Shown: positions 44,794 through 54,662 of the stretch, piece by piece
Numbering within the stretch: position 1 is the first letter of the stretch
Layout: each line of letters starts with the position of its first letter
Virus record (IMG/VR): IMGVR_UViG_3300020220_002267
Coordinates: 1-55,260 of that record
From: a virus
Lineage: Duplodnaviria > Caudoviricetes
Reading direction: 5' to 3' (one strand)
DNA length: 55,260 nt
The notes under the pieces: generated by a model
The model's input: the letters and a program-made list of their open reading frames with translations, nothing else
The model's database searches: none
Told to the model about the DNA's origin: nothing
Position numbers and translations under genes: made by a program

Positions 44794-45546
44794 TCAAGCC
44801 GACGCGGCCAGGGGCTCGTTCTTGGCCTCCTTGGCCGCCTTCTTGGCCGCCGCAGCCGCTTGCTTGGCCTCCCGCTCCGCCTGCTTGCGAGCCTTCTCGG
44901 CGTCCTTCAGAGCCTTGGCCTCGACGGCGGCCTTCTTCTTGGCCTCCTTCTCGGCAGCCAGACGGGCTTTCTCCTCCGCCTTCAGGCGCTTCGCCTCGGC
45001 CTTGAGAAGTTCCTTGGCGGCGTTCTCCTCCCGCTTCGCGATCTGCTTCAGGGAGGACTCGGAGAGCTTCCGGAGGTCGTCATCGGTCAGCCCTGAGAGG
45101 AGCCGCACGATCTTGCTGTACGAGTAGGCGGAACGCTCGATGCGAGCCCTCGCGGCCGTCTCATTGGGGTGCTCGAGGGCGAGGCTGGGGCCACCATCGG
45201 CGAGCCACTTCTCGACCATCTCAGACGCCTCCTCCTTCGTCTTGAAGATGGTCGCGGTCTTCACGGAGGAGGGGCGGACGTGGCCGTCCTCGCCGACCCG
45301 GAGGCCGAAGCACATCTCGTACTCGGGGGAGGCTCGGCCGATGACCTTGTACTGGTCCCACTCGTAGTGGCCTCGGTTGTAGTACCAGGACGGGGAGCCC
45401 GGCGACACATGGTCCTGGACGTACCAAGAGGGGCCGACCCCTTCGAGTCGAAGTTGGCCGTCCCCCTTGTTGTGGTCGGTCAGGTGGATGACGGTGTTGT
45501 GTGGGGAACCCAGAAAGGACTCGTGCGCGTTCCGCTTCTTGATCAT
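44794..45546 (-). CDS. Hypothetical protein with Ala/Lys/Glu-rich C-terminal helix
   Basis: AGGAGG SD; low-complexity AEKEAKKKAA tail. Confidence 0.65.
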   Translation of the reverse strand: MIKKRNAHESFLGSPHNTVIHLTDHNKGDGQLRLEGVGPSWYVQDHVSPGSPSWYYNRGHYEWDQYKVIGRASPEYEMCFGLRVGEDGHVRPSSVKTATIFKTKEEASEMVEKWLADGGPSLALEHPNETAARARIERSAYSYSKIVRLLSGLTDDDLRKLSESSLKQIAKREENAAKELLKAEAKRLKAEEKARLAAEKEAKKKAAVEAKALKDAEKARKQAEREAKQAAAAAKKAAKEAKNEPLAASA

Positions 45547-45638
45547 CGGATATGCCTCCTGCCCTCCCTACGCGGAAGGGGTTCCGTTTAGACCGACCGT
45601 GTGCGTAGGTAGAGCATGAGGGGAGGACTCGACTTCGG

Positions 45639-46073
45639 ATGGATCGCCGCCAAGCCAAGCAACACTGGACCAACCGGACGAACGAGTGGAAAACCTGGGC
45701 CCAGAGCCTCATCGCAGACATACAGACCCTCGAAGACCCTGCCTTCCGGCACTGCGTGGCGGGAACGCTCGATGCCTGTGCTTCAGGATGCGGAAACGTC
45801 ATCGTTCGGCGACTCAAGGCGGACAAGCTCAGCCTGGTCGGCATCTCGCTCGACCCTGAAGTCAGTGAGGCTTTGGAGCGTGGGGTTCGCTCGCTGAACG
45901 AGGACGTGGACTTCCCGAAGCTCCTCGGGGATGCGGATGCGCCGTCTACTTCGCCTTGCGGAACACGAAGATGGGATCGGATCGGTCTTTGGCTTGTTCC
46001 CCGAATGACCCCTTCTGCATTCGCCACGTCTCCGCAAGAACAAACCCCGAGCCCGTCCCATCATCGACCGTGA
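45639..46073 (+). CDS. Hypothetical protein; 3' end overlaps the convergent gene
   Basis: GGAGG SD; plausible sequence for about the first 100 aa. Confidence 0.45.
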   Translation: MDRRQAKQHWTNRTNEWKTWAQSLIADIQTLEDPAFRHCVAGTLDACASGCGNVIVRRLKADKLSLVGISLDPEVSEALERGVRSLNEDVDFPKLLGDADAPSTSPCGTRRWDRIGLWLVPRMTPSAFATSPQEQTPSPSHHRP

Positions 46074-48150
46074 TCTGTTCCAAAGGAACCACCTTGCCCC
46101 CGTCCCGGACATCCGCGACATGCACCGCGAAGTGAGCACCGGGTTGTAGCACCCCTGCTACCCGACGAAACATCGGTCGAAGGAAGAACTCCCGCCAAGC
46201 ACCCACCCCCAGACTCTCTCGGGCCCCCTCCCCGTACACCTCCTTCGTCCAGAAAGGAGGGGATGTCAACGCAAAGTCTGCCGAAATCCCAGTGAGATCA
46301 GCACTCTGAATCTCCGCGTGGATGAGACGCACCAAACCCCGGTCGAGGCCCGCCGTCTCACACACCCGCATCCCCAGTTGGTAGAGGCAGGCGTGCGTTT
46401 TCGTCACAGGCTCCACCCCGATGTAGCCACGCCCTGAAGATAGAGCACCAACCATTCGACCGCCCCATCCAGCACAGGGATCAAACACCACCCCGCCAAT
46501 GGGACACCACTTGTCCATGAGTGCCCGAGCGACGGCCGGACGGAAACACGCAGGAGTCCGATTCAGTGCAGTGAGAGCCGAACGGACATGCCCCGCCGTG
46601 AGTCCAGGTTTCTTCCCACGAAGACTGAACCGAAGTGCCTTCAAGAAGCGGCCATCATCCGCAAACGCCCCCAACGCGGAGAAGTCGGCATCCGAGTTCC
46701 GGGTGTTGAACCTGTGGGGCATGTAGGCCGAGCACAACCCCAGCCCCACAGGATCCGGTTTGAGGGTTCGACCCTCCGCCCGATACTCGTTGAGTCGAGC
46801 GATGTCACTCAACAGGTGCTTGTCTGAGGGGATGCTCGGATAGGGGAACCCGAGCACTCGATGATACGCCATCGCCCGTCGAACGAGCACGTCCCGTTCT
46901 GCCTCGGACATACCCGCCACAAGGGCTTCCGTCAGCCCGGCGATCTCGATGTGGACAGCCTCCAGATCGGACACCCCCACGAACGTCGTGACAGCACATG
47001 GGAGGTCCAAGGGGACACGGTAAGCATCCCACTTGGAAGGGCCACCCACCGAAACAGAGAGGCCGTGCGCGGGCATGTCCACGGCAGGGACACGGTACAC
47101 GGCCTGCACCTCCTGTGCCGTTCGATCAACCCCAATGAAGTAGTAGGTATCGGCAGTACATCCTGGTGACCGGAAGAACGTCCAGCGGTTCGGCCCACTC
47201 TCCCGTTCGGACCATCTCCGAACACGCACGTTGATGGTCTCCCCACCTACGTCCTTGAAGTCGTAGGTGGCGGTCGGATCTATGGCGGATTCGTGGTGTG
47301 CGTCTGGGTGAAGCCTACGGTAGATGGCCTCCCCGATCTTCCCCAAGACAATCCGGTCATAGTCCACCCGAGGGGTAGCTTCTTCGGGGGGTGCTTGCTG
47401 TGCAGATCGAAGAGTTTGGAGTTTTCGGTCAAGGAGTAGCACCTCCCCATCAGAGACCTCGTGTCCGAGGGTGTACTCCCGTGATGCAGGGGACATCACC
47501 TTGAGACGTTCGGGGAGGAAAGTCACGGGGACAAGCCAAGCACGCAGCACCTTCGTGCGTTCGGGGTCAAGTCCAATGAAAAAAGCATGATCACAGTTCT
47601 CTCGCACCCCCTCGATCTGGAACTTCCATGCGGGGAGCCCATGCGATGTCTGATATTGCCCCGCCGTCTTTACGTTGACCCGTCCGTGCTCGGGATGCTG
47701 TGCATCAAACGGGGCTCGATTGCCATACTCGGCCACCACATCAGAAGCTGAGGGGAACAGGTGGATGTATAGGAGTTCGCCTACTCGACCCCACCACGAG
47801 TTCGTGCCCGCTGTCATCGTCCGAAGGTCGTCCGCTCGGCCCCCCTCACCCCGACGGACTCGTCCCCTACGATCTACGTCCTTGGACTCGGAGATGCCCA
47901 CCCGCACAGCGGTTGCTGGGGGCTGACACACGTCACAGTATCGACGTGTGTTCTTGTCAGATGCGTCCCGGTAAGGGGACTGACACTTGCGGCAGAGCTT
48001 GTGCCGCGACTTCTCCCTACATGCGGGACACCGGATGTTCTGCTCGTCAGGGGGGAGGTAGAACGTCTCCCGACAAGTGTTGCATGTGCGCCGCCGTCCG
48101 TTTGTCGCAACAGACGTACACGGGAGCGCAGGGTCGGAGGGGGTGGTCAT
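45946..48150 (-). CDS. Fusion: Zn fingers + two PD-(D/E)XK-like nuclease repeats + amino-type DNA methyltransferase
   Basis: GRVGELLY..FD..NVKT and GKIGEAIY..YD..NVRV repeats; VFDPCAGWGGR and FALTSPPF MTase motifs. Confidence 0.75.
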   Translation of the reverse strand: MTTPSDPALPCTSVATNGRRRTCNTCRETFYLPPDEQNIRCPACREKSRHKLCRKCQSPYRDASDKNTRRYCDVCQPPATAVRVGISESKDVDRRGRVRRGEGGRADDLRTMTAGTNSWWGRVGELLYIHLFPSASDVVAEYGNRAPFDAQHPEHGRVNVKTAGQYQTSHGLPAWKFQIEGVRENCDHAFFIGLDPERTKVLRAWLVPVTFLPERLKVMSPASREYTLGHEVSDGEVLLLDRKLQTLRSAQQAPPEEATPRVDYDRIVLGKIGEAIYRRLHPDAHHESAIDPTATYDFKDVGGETINVRVRRWSERESGPNRWTFFRSPGCTADTYYFIGVDRTAQEVQAVYRVPAVDMPAHGLSVSVGGPSKWDAYRVPLDLPCAVTTFVGVSDLEAVHIEIAGLTEALVAGMSEAERDVLVRRAMAYHRVLGFPYPSIPSDKHLLSDIARLNEYRAEGRTLKPDPVGLGLCSAYMPHRFNTRNSDADFSALGAFADDGRFLKALRFSLRGKKPGLTAGHVRSALTALNRTPACFRPAVARALMDKWCPIGGVVFDPCAGWGGRMVGALSSGRGYIGVEPVTKTHACLYQLGMRVCETAGLDRGLVRLIHAEIQSADLTGISADFALTSPPFWTKEVYGEGARESLGVGAWREFFLRPMFRRVAGVLQPGAHFAVHVADVRDGGKVVPLEQITVDDGTGSGFVLAETWRMQKGSFGEQAKDRSDPIFVFRKAK

Positions 48151-48203
48151 ACACTATCCGCGAGAGGGTTCTTTGAGAATCTACCCGACGGATTGTGAAA
48201 CGA

Positions 48204-48239
48204 CAAGGGGTCCGTTGAACTGAATCAACGGACCCCTTG
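48204..48239 (-). terminator. Terminator after major capsid gene
   Basis: Perfect 15-bp stem caaggggtccgttga/tcaacggaccccttg, then tcgtttc on minus strand. Confidence 0.85.
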
Positions 48240-48271
48240 GGTTGTGGGCGGGGAACCCGCCTTACGACCGA

Positions 48272-49147
48272 CTACCGAGTGATCGTGAGCCGGGTCAACC
48301 CCTTCGGATTGTACGCCCCGATGCCGAGATTCTCGAAGATGCTGAACCCAATGGTCCGCGCCTTCGGGTCGTCGGCGGAGAGGACCGTGAGTTCGGTGCG
48401 GACGGGGATCCGGCCGAACATCTCGGGCTCACAGCAGACGTACACGGTGCCGACCGGGACGAGACGGCTGACGATGATCTGGGCTCCCCAGAGGTTCGCC
48501 ATCAGACCGGTCTTGAGCAGGTCACGCTGCGACTCGATGTCCAGGATGTCGCGACCGAACTTGCGGAGGTCCGCGTAGTCCCGGGCGTTCATGAACACGC
48601 GAGCGACCCGGAGGTCGTGACGCTCGATGAGGGCGAACGCATCCGCGAGGACCGCACCGGAGACCGGGGCGACGACGGGAACGTCCGGGTTCTCACCACC
48701 AGCGATCGAGTCGAACCCGTTCGTGGCGATGGCATCGAGAACCGCGAACACGCGCTCGTCCTCGGCCGCCTGGATCTGGGCCCGACCGAGATCCTGGGCG
48801 CGCTCGATGAGATCGTAGCGACGCTCCTTGATCTGGGTGAGGGGGATCTCGGGGTTCGAGGCGATCTCGAAGAGGGGGAAGATCACGCGACGCGGCTTGG
48901 TGATGGCGAGGATGTTCTCCCCCTCCTCACCGACCACGTAGGCGGTCACGTCCGGATCCTTGTCGTAGATCGGGAGCGCACCGTCCGGAAGCTGCTCGAC
49001 CAGGAAGGTCTTGCGGCCGACGGCGGTGTAGTCGCGGCGCAGCCGGAGAGGCTGCGTCATGGAAGCGGCGAGCTTCGCACGACCCTGGGGGGTCTTGATG
49101 TAGTCGCCGATGATCTTCGCCTTGACGGCGTTTGATGCACCAGTCAT
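48272..49147 (-). CDS. Major capsid protein (HK97-fold, probable)
   Basis: 291 aa, GGAGG SD, strong codon bias; VGEEGENI, IQAAEDERVF, VFMNARDYADLRK, GLMANLWGAQIIVS; downstream of scaffold and protease genes. Confidence 0.8.
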   Translation of the reverse strand: MTGASNAVKAKIIGDYIKTPQGRAKLAASMTQPLRLRRDYTAVGRKTFLVEQLPDGALPIYDKDPDVTAYVVGEEGENILAITKPRRVIFPLFEIASNPEIPLTQIKERRYDLIERAQDLGRAQIQAAEDERVFAVLDAIATNGFDSIAGGENPDVPVVAPVSGAVLADAFALIERHDLRVARVFMNARDYADLRKFGRDILDIESQRDLLKTGLMANLWGAQIIVSRLVPVGTVYVCCEPEMFGRIPVRTELTVLSADDPKARTIGFSIFENLGIGAYNPKGLTRLTITR

Positions 49148-49157
49148 GGGTTCCTCC

Positions 49158-49829
49158 TCAGATCCGCTGATCGAACACGATCTCGTTCCGGATCGAGTCC
49201 GCAGGCATCTTGAGGATGCCGATGGTGGTGGATGCCGTGAGCCCGTGCTCGACTTCGGCGGTGATGGTGGCGGCGTCGAGAGAGACGACGGCGGCACCGG
49301 CGGTGTTGATGGCCGTGCGGGGCATCAGGTAGCCGTTGCGCGAGGCAACGAGTTCCTGGCCGACGGTGTACCGGAGGTCATCGCCCTGGGCGATGCCCGC
49401 AACCGCTGCGAGAGCCTGGGTCTCGTACAACTGGTTGCCGTAGGTGCCCTGCGCCGAGACGTAGGGACCCTTGCCCGAGGCCGCTGCGGGCTGGTTCTCG
49501 TAGGCGTTGCCCGCCGCCGAGTTGATGAACAACCCGAGGGGACGAACATACGTCTCGAGAAGAGCGGACGCGAGCGACTCAGCGTTGCCGCCGATGTAGT
49601 TCGAGCCCTGGTCGGGACGGGTGAAGGCCACCGAGCCGGAGAGAACGCCGAGCACCGAGGTGTCGACCTTGTCCGAGATGGTGGAAGTGGTCGTGACGAT
49701 GGGGGGGTTGGTCTGGGTGAACGCATCGTCGGTCAGGATGCCCACGGTGTTGCGAACACCAACGTGGAGAATCCGGAGGGCCGATGAGGACTCCGTGAAC
49801 CCGCCGCTCGCCTGTCCAAGCATTGGCAT
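49158..49829 (-). CDS. Probable capsid decoration/cement protein
   Basis: Immediately upstream of capsid gene; PLGLFIN..YENQPAAASGK; class-2 variant at 49923. Confidence 0.6.
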   Translation of the reverse strand: MPMLGQASGGFTESSSALRILHVGVRNTVGILTDDAFTQTNPPIVTTTSTISDKVDTSVLGVLSGSVAFTRPDQGSNYIGGNAESLASALLETYVRPLGLFINSAAGNAYENQPAAASGKGPYVSAQGTYGNQLYETQALAAVAGIAQGDDLRYTVGQELVASRNGYLMPRTAINTAGAAVVSLDAATITAEVEHGLTASTTIGILKMPADSIRNEIVFDQRI

Positions 49830-49983
49830 GTGTGCCTCGCTCTTTGTTTACAGGAAGTGGTGGAACGGTTCTGGTGGGCAGGCGGATTCCTGACCAACCT
49901 TCTCGTCTATAGGGTCTGATTTATAGGGTCTTTATCGAAGGTTTCTTGGCGAAGGTTTGAAGTTCGTTCGGAAACCCCGGAAC

Positions 49984-50018
49984 TCGACTCGGAGGGGAAC
50001 TTGCCCCCTCCGAGTCGA
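49984..50018 (-). terminator. Hairpin after scaffold gene (terminator or processing site)
   Basis: 14-bp stem tcgactcggagggg/cccctccgagtcga. Confidence 0.6.
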
Positions 50019-50024
50019 ATCAGA

Positions 50025-51335
50025 TCAGCCCTTGAACGCCCCGCTGACATCGGGAGCGGACTCCCAAATCTTCGAGAGTTCGGCGATGTCGGCACGAGCC
50101 CCGGCGGTACGAACCTGCGTACCGACGGTCTTGGCACCGGCGTTGGCCTTCTTCGGCTGGGGACGGAGGTTCGCGGAAGCGGCCTTGGCGACGGCGGCCT
50201 TCTTGCCCGCATCCTCCTCGGCAGCCTCGTCCTCGATCTCCTCGTCCTCACCCTCGGCGGCGTCGTCGCCCTCGTCCTCGACCTCTTCCTCGTCCTCGGC
50301 CTTCTTGGCGACCTTCACGTCCGAGGCGAACAGCGACGCGAGGATCTCGTCGTCACCGCCCTGGAGCATCGGGTCACCGAGCAGGCCCATGGGGTCGTCG
50401 AGGGAGTCCATGGAGATGTCCATGTCGTCCTCGAGGTACTGGGCGAGGGACTTGCCGGCCTCGACCGGAGCGGCCTGGGCCACCGGAGCCGCCTGCTCCG
50501 CGAGCATGGCCTGGAGCATCGCCTCGGCTTCGGCCTCGGCGTCCACGGGGGCCTCAGCCACCTTGGCTTCCTCGGCCATCATCTCGGCGAGCATCGCCTC
50601 CTCGGCATCGACGGGGGCCTCGGCCTTGTGGCCGGTGCCAGCCTTCATCTCAGCCAACTGCGCCTGGAGGGCAGCCAGCATCGACATGACCTCGCCCATC
50701 TTGTCGTCGGAAGCCTTCTTGGAGGCGGTCTCCTCGACCTCTTCCTCCTCCTCGACCTCCTCCTCGCCGTCCTCGCTCGCGAGCATCTTGCGGAGCAGGC
50801 TCTCGGGGTCTTCCTTCGCGGCCTCGAGACGACGGAGGGTCGCCGCGAGACGGGCATCGGGGAGATCCATGAAGTCGAGGGCCTGGTCCTCGATCATGCC
50901 GGTCGCGATCTTGTCGCCGGCCTCGGCCGCTGCCGTGATCTCGGAGCCGAGCATCGCGGAAGCGATGCGGAGGCACTTGGCGGCCTTGTGCTCGACCGCC
51001 GCGCGGAGGTCGGAAGCGTTCTTGGCCGGAGCGCCAGGCTGGGTGGCCGGGTGCTTGTAGCCACCGTCGTCCACGGGGACGGCGGGAGCCGGGCTGGTGC
51101 GGTACGGACCGGGGTGCGGATCCTCGGCCCACGAGGACGTGTCACCGTTCTCGTAGGCAGCGGGCTGCGTCGGGTCCGGGTAGCCAGCCGGGTGGGTGAT
51201 CCCCTCGTCGGGGGTCTGGGGGTGAGCGGACGCACGCTTGGCCTCAGCAGCCTTGCGAGCAGCTTCCTCAACGGGAAGGACGGGGCCGGTGGCCGACTTC
51301 CCGCCCCATGTCATGCGTTGACGATTCATCGTCAT
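50025..51335 (-). CDS. Probable capsid scaffolding protein
   Basis: Very acidic Ala/Glu-rich helical protein between protease and capsid genes; AGGAG SD. Confidence 0.65.
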   Translation of the reverse strand: MTMNRQRMTWGGKSATGPVLPVEEAARKAAEAKRASAHPQTPDEGITHPAGYPDPTQPAAYENGDTSSWAEDPHPGPYRTSPAPAVPVDDGGYKHPATQPGAPAKNASDLRAAVEHKAAKCLRIASAMLGSEITAAAEAGDKIATGMIEDQALDFMDLPDARLAATLRRLEAAKEDPESLLRKMLASEDGEEEVEEEEEVEETASKKASDDKMGEVMSMLAALQAQLAEMKAGTGHKAEAPVDAEEAMLAEMMAEEAKVAEAPVDAEAEAEAMLQAMLAEQAAPVAQAAPVEAGKSLAQYLEDDMDISMDSLDDPMGLLGDPMLQGGDDEILASLFASDVKVAKKAEDEEEVEDEGDDAAEGEDEEIEDEAAEEDAGKKAAVAKAASANLRPQPKKANAGAKTVGTQVRTAGARADIAELSKIWESAPDVSGAFKG

Positions 51336-52834
51336 CTCCTGTTCTTTTCGGGGGTGGAATTGCGGTTGGCAACGCCTTCCGCGTTGGTGAGGATCCGACC
51401 AAGTCGGAGCAGAGCCCGACCCTCGGACAATCCGAGGGCCCGGCCCATCGCATCCCGACATGCGGTGAGAAAGGTCTCGGTCGAACTGAACTTGGACAAA
51501 GGCCCCACGGTCAGAGCCGCACGGTACACGCCCACCGGGGCCTTGACCCCGAAGGACTCATCCAGGATGGCGATCTTGTTGACCAGGTCCGCATCCGAAG
51601 ATGCGGTCCGGATCATCGCCATCACGGAAGCTGCATAGGCGGTACGAGCAACCCGGGTTGCATGGGCCACCTGAACGTTGTCGTTGAGGTGCGCGGTGGA
51701 GTCCTCGGGAGAGGGCTTCCGGTCCTTCTTCGCAACCTCGTCCGACACCTTCTTCTCGATCCGCTCCATGATGGTTGAGAGGATGCGATCCTCCAACTCA
51801 TCGAACTTGGTAGGAGGAGCCGGAGACGGTGCGGCTTCGGCCTCACCACCACCCTCCTCACCACCATCGAACTGCGCCCGGCGGTCAGAGACTTTCCCGA
51901 CCACCGCTCGATCTTGAACCAGCACTTCGGCCTCGGATGCGGCCTTGACGCGGACATCCGAACCGTTCACCCACTGTGGCGGGGGAGAGGAGAGGACTTC
52001 CTGCAGCTTGTTCGCGGTCCGAGCGTTGAGCGCCTCGGGGGAGATGATGTTCCGCATCACCGCACCCGTGAACGCCGGAGAGGCGACCCACGAAGCCTCG
52101 ATGAAGGTCACACCGCCCGTCGGATCCTCGGAGTGATGCCCACAGAGTTCGGCGATGCGGTGACGACGACCACGCTCGTCGAGGAACACGTTCCCCTTGG
52201 CGTACTTGATGTGGTCGCACAGTTCGGTCTCATCGACCGCAACGTTGCCGCACTGCGTACAGGTGGTGAACTCCACCGAGCAGCCCATCGAGAGCGTGCC
52301 CAGTCGCCCGCTCTCGATGTCGGCCACCAGGTCCGCGTGCTTGCGGTCGGTGGCGACGAGGATGTCCACATAGATGGAGTCGCCGATGTCGCGGGCAACC
52401 GCGTCGATGACCCGACCCTTGGAGAGATCCTCCACCTGAACGTGCTCGAGGAAGTTCTGGGCCCCGATGAGCGTCCGGTAGGACTTCAACAAGACCTGGC
52501 GGGAGAAGCAGTCCAGGTTGTTGTTGATGTACTTGTCCGTCTCCGCCGTGACCCGGTAGTCCGCGAACTTCCGGTGGATGCGGCGGTTGCCGTCCTTGAC
52601 GGAGCCGAGCTTCACACCCAGAACTTCGATCGCATCGACCGAAGCCACCAGGGTGCAGTGGCTCAACAGGTACTGCTCGGGGTTGAAGGCATGACCCAGA
52701 ATCTCGGAGGCTTGAGCCGCGAGGTTCTGGTTCGGTTGCCCGTTGACCTTGGCCGCCGTGCGGACCTTCGTCCAGCCACCCGGGGTGGCCCGGGGGTGAA
52801 GGACGATAGCGTTAGCAGTTCGGAGGAATGCCAT
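51332..52834 (-). CDS. Probable prohead maturation protease with Zn-binding insert
   Basis: NFLEH, GRVIDA, LSMGCSV, CTQCG..CDH, FIEASWVASPAF, matching the His/Ser and E-S-V-P-A pattern of phage prohead proteases. Confidence 0.7.
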   Translation of the reverse strand: MAFLRTANAIVLHPRATPGGWTKVRTAAKVNGQPNQNLAAQASEILGHAFNPEQYLLSHCTLVASVDAIEVLGVKLGSVKDGNRRIHRKFADYRVTAETDKYINNNLDCFSRQVLLKSYRTLIGAQNFLEHVQVEDLSKGRVIDAVARDIGDSIYVDILVATDRKHADLVADIESGRLGTLSMGCSVEFTTCTQCGNVAVDETELCDHIKYAKGNVFLDERGRRHRIAELCGHHSEDPTGGVTFIEASWVASPAFTGAVMRNIISPEALNARTANKLQEVLSSPPPQWVNGSDVRVKAASEAEVLVQDRAVVGKVSDRRAQFDGGEEGGGEAEAAPSPAPPTKFDELEDRILSTIMERIEKKVSDEVAKKDRKPSPEDSTAHLNDNVQVAHATRVARTAYAASVMAMIRTASSDADLVNKIAILDESFGVKAPVGVYRAALTVGPLSKFSSTETFLTACRDAMGRALGLSEGRALLRLGRILTNAEGVANRNSTPEKNRR

Positions 52835-52836
52835 GG

Positions 52837-53394
52837 CTACGCCTTGTCCCCAAGGATGGAGTCCCGCTCGATGAGGAACAGACAGGAGGGGCAGCCGTAC
52901 AGCCGCTCGCTCTTGCCCTTCATCCGACGGTAGATGGCTCGCTTGAGAGCCGCCTTCTTGCACTTCGGGCAGTTGTAGTGGCCCGATTCGAGTTCTTCGG
53001 CGGTGGCCTTGTAGCGACGGTCAGCAGCCGCCCAGTAGAGCGCCTGCTTCACGAACGCATGGGCAACACGGTCCACGGACACCGGGGAAGGCTTGTGCTG
53101 AACCTGGGCCTGTGCGACAGGTCCCCCAGGGACAGACACCGTTCCCGCACCACCAGGCACGTAGCCGTCGTGCGGAGGATTGGGCTCGCCCTCATGGTTG
53201 AGGCGCTGAAGCTCCTCCACTCCGTACCGCTTCGCACCCTGCGGGAACTCCACGTCCACCATCCCGATGCCCGGCCACACCGCTACCACGCGACCCGCAA
53301 GGTCACGGCTCGCCCCGTAGGGGATCACGCGATCCCCCACACGGAACTCGGCCGCGAGGGCCTGGTAGTCAGCACCGGCAGAACGGTTGGTCAA
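52837..53394 (-). CDS. Hypothetical protein with SH3-like N-terminus and C-terminal zinc ribbon
   Basis: FRVGDRV; CPKC...CPSC; RVAHAFVKQA. Confidence 0.65.
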   Translation of the reverse strand: MTNRSAGADYQALAAEFRVGDRVIPYGASRDLAGRVVAVWPGIGMVDVEFPQGAKRYGVEELQRLNHEGEPNPPHDGYVPGGAGTVSVPGGPVAQAQVQHKPSPVSVDRVAHAFVKQALYWAAADRRYKATAEELESGHYNCPKCKKAALKRAIYRRMKGKSERLYGCPSCLFLIERDSILGDKA

Positions 53395-53405
53395 CGTTGC
53401 TCCCT

Positions 53406-54662
53406 TCAGCGGGCGAACAGGTCGTAGCCGTACTTCTGGGCGAAGGCGGTCTTCTCGACCTCCTCCTCTTCGACTTCCTCGACCTCTTCCTCGGCCGTCT
53501 TGTTGGAGGCTTCCTTGGACTCGACCTCCTCGACCTCCTCGACCTCCTCGACCTCCTCGACCTCCTCGGCCGTCTTGGAGGCTTCCTTGGTCTCCTCGGC
53601 CTTCTCCTCGGCCTTCTTGGAGGCTTCCTTGGCGGCGTCCTCCTTCTTGCCGAGTCCCTTCACCGCGTCAGCGACGATGGACGCGCCGAGGGCCACCAGT
53701 TCCTTGAGGGAGCCTCCGCCCACCATCTTCTGGAACTCGAGGAGAGCCACGGGGGACGAGCCGTCCACACCGGCCACGACTTCCTTCAGGTAGGGGATCT
53801 GCTCGGTGACGGCCTGCACAACCTTGTCGGTCGCGACCACCACATCGGACTCGACGATGCCGGTCGCCTGCTGGACGAGCGACAGGTCGCGGAGCTTGCT
53901 GACCGCCTCGGACTGCTTCTTCACGTCGCCAGCCAGAGCCTTGATCTCGGTCATGTCCGAGGCCGCGAGCTTCGCGTGGAGCATCGTGAGAACGTCGGCC
54001 AGGTCGGAGAGGGCCGACATCGCCGCCAGGCGACGGAGGCGAGCCTTGCTGGCGGAGACGAAGAACCCGATGTCCCCATCCTGCTGCTTGTCGCGAAGCT
54101 GCTGGAAGTTCACCTGGGAGAAGTGCCCGGCCATCCAGGACTCGACCGGCGGGGTGATGATCTCCTGGGGGCCGGACTTCAGGTCGCCGATGGCGTTGGC
54201 GTCGAAGCCGGACTCGCCGTGGTCCACAGAAAGACCCGTCTCATCTTCCTGGGCCTTCTTGCCACGAGCCTTCTTCGCCTCGACTTCCGCCCTGGCGTCC
54301 GCCTCACCCTTCTTCTTGGAGGACTTCTTGTCCTCAACCTTGTCCTCGGCCTCACCCTTCTTGGCCGACTTCTTGTCCTCGACCGGAGCTTCCGCCTTCT
54401 TGGCAGCGGTCTTGGCCGAGGCTTCCTTGTCCCCCTCCTCCGCCGCGACTTCCTCACCGTCCGCCTTCTCCTCGGCCTCGGCGAGCTTGACCGCGTGCTT
54501 CTCGACGTGGTCGGACATCGCGTCACAGTAGTAGGCGAACCGGAGCGCGTACTCCTCGGGGATGCCGAGGACCGCGTGCTGCTCCTGGAACAGGGCCGCG
54601 ATGCGATCCAGGTCGGAGGTGACTGCGCGGGCACCAAGCCGGGTCAGGTGTGGGGTAGTCAT
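53406..54662 (-). CDS. Acidic low-complexity protein, probable prohead core/scaffold component
   Basis: AAGGA SD, class-2 variant at 54745; many KxA and EEV repeats. Confidence 0.65.
   Translation of the reverse strand: MTTPHLTRLGARAVTSDLDRIAALFQEQHAVLGIPEEYALRFAYYCDAMSDHVEKHAVKLAEAEEKADGEEVAAEEGDKEASAKTAAKKAEAPVEDKKSAKKGEAEDKVEDKKSSKKKGEADARAEVEAKKARGKKAQEDETGLSVDHGESGFDANAIGDLKSGPQEIITPPVESWMAGHFSQVNFQQLRDKQQDGDIGFFVSASKARLRRLAAMSALSDLADVLTMLHAKLAASDMTEIKALAGDVKKQSEAVSKLRDLSLVQQATGIVESDVVVATDKVVQAVTEQIPYLKEVVAGVDGSSPVALLEFQKMVGGGSLKELVALGASIVADAVKGLGKKEDAAKEASKKAEEKAEETKEASKTAEEVEEVEEVEEVEEVESKEASNKTAEEEVEEVEEEEVEKTAFAQKYGYDLFAR
53521..53565. repeat. 9-bp tandem repeat (tcgacctcc) x5 encoding EEV repeats
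   Basis: Directly visible in the sequence. Confidence 0.9.

Noticed and set aside
45568-45608. Divergent class-1 promoters between 44794..45546 and 45639..46073
   Set aside because: CGTAG is present on both strands but the -35 elements (GTTCCG at 17 nt, GGTCTA at 16 nt) deviate; not counted among the 13 sites
48272-49147. Encapsulin nanocompartment rather than phage capsid
   Set aside because: Adjacent protease, scaffold and decoration-like genes and the overall phage gene content favour a viral head
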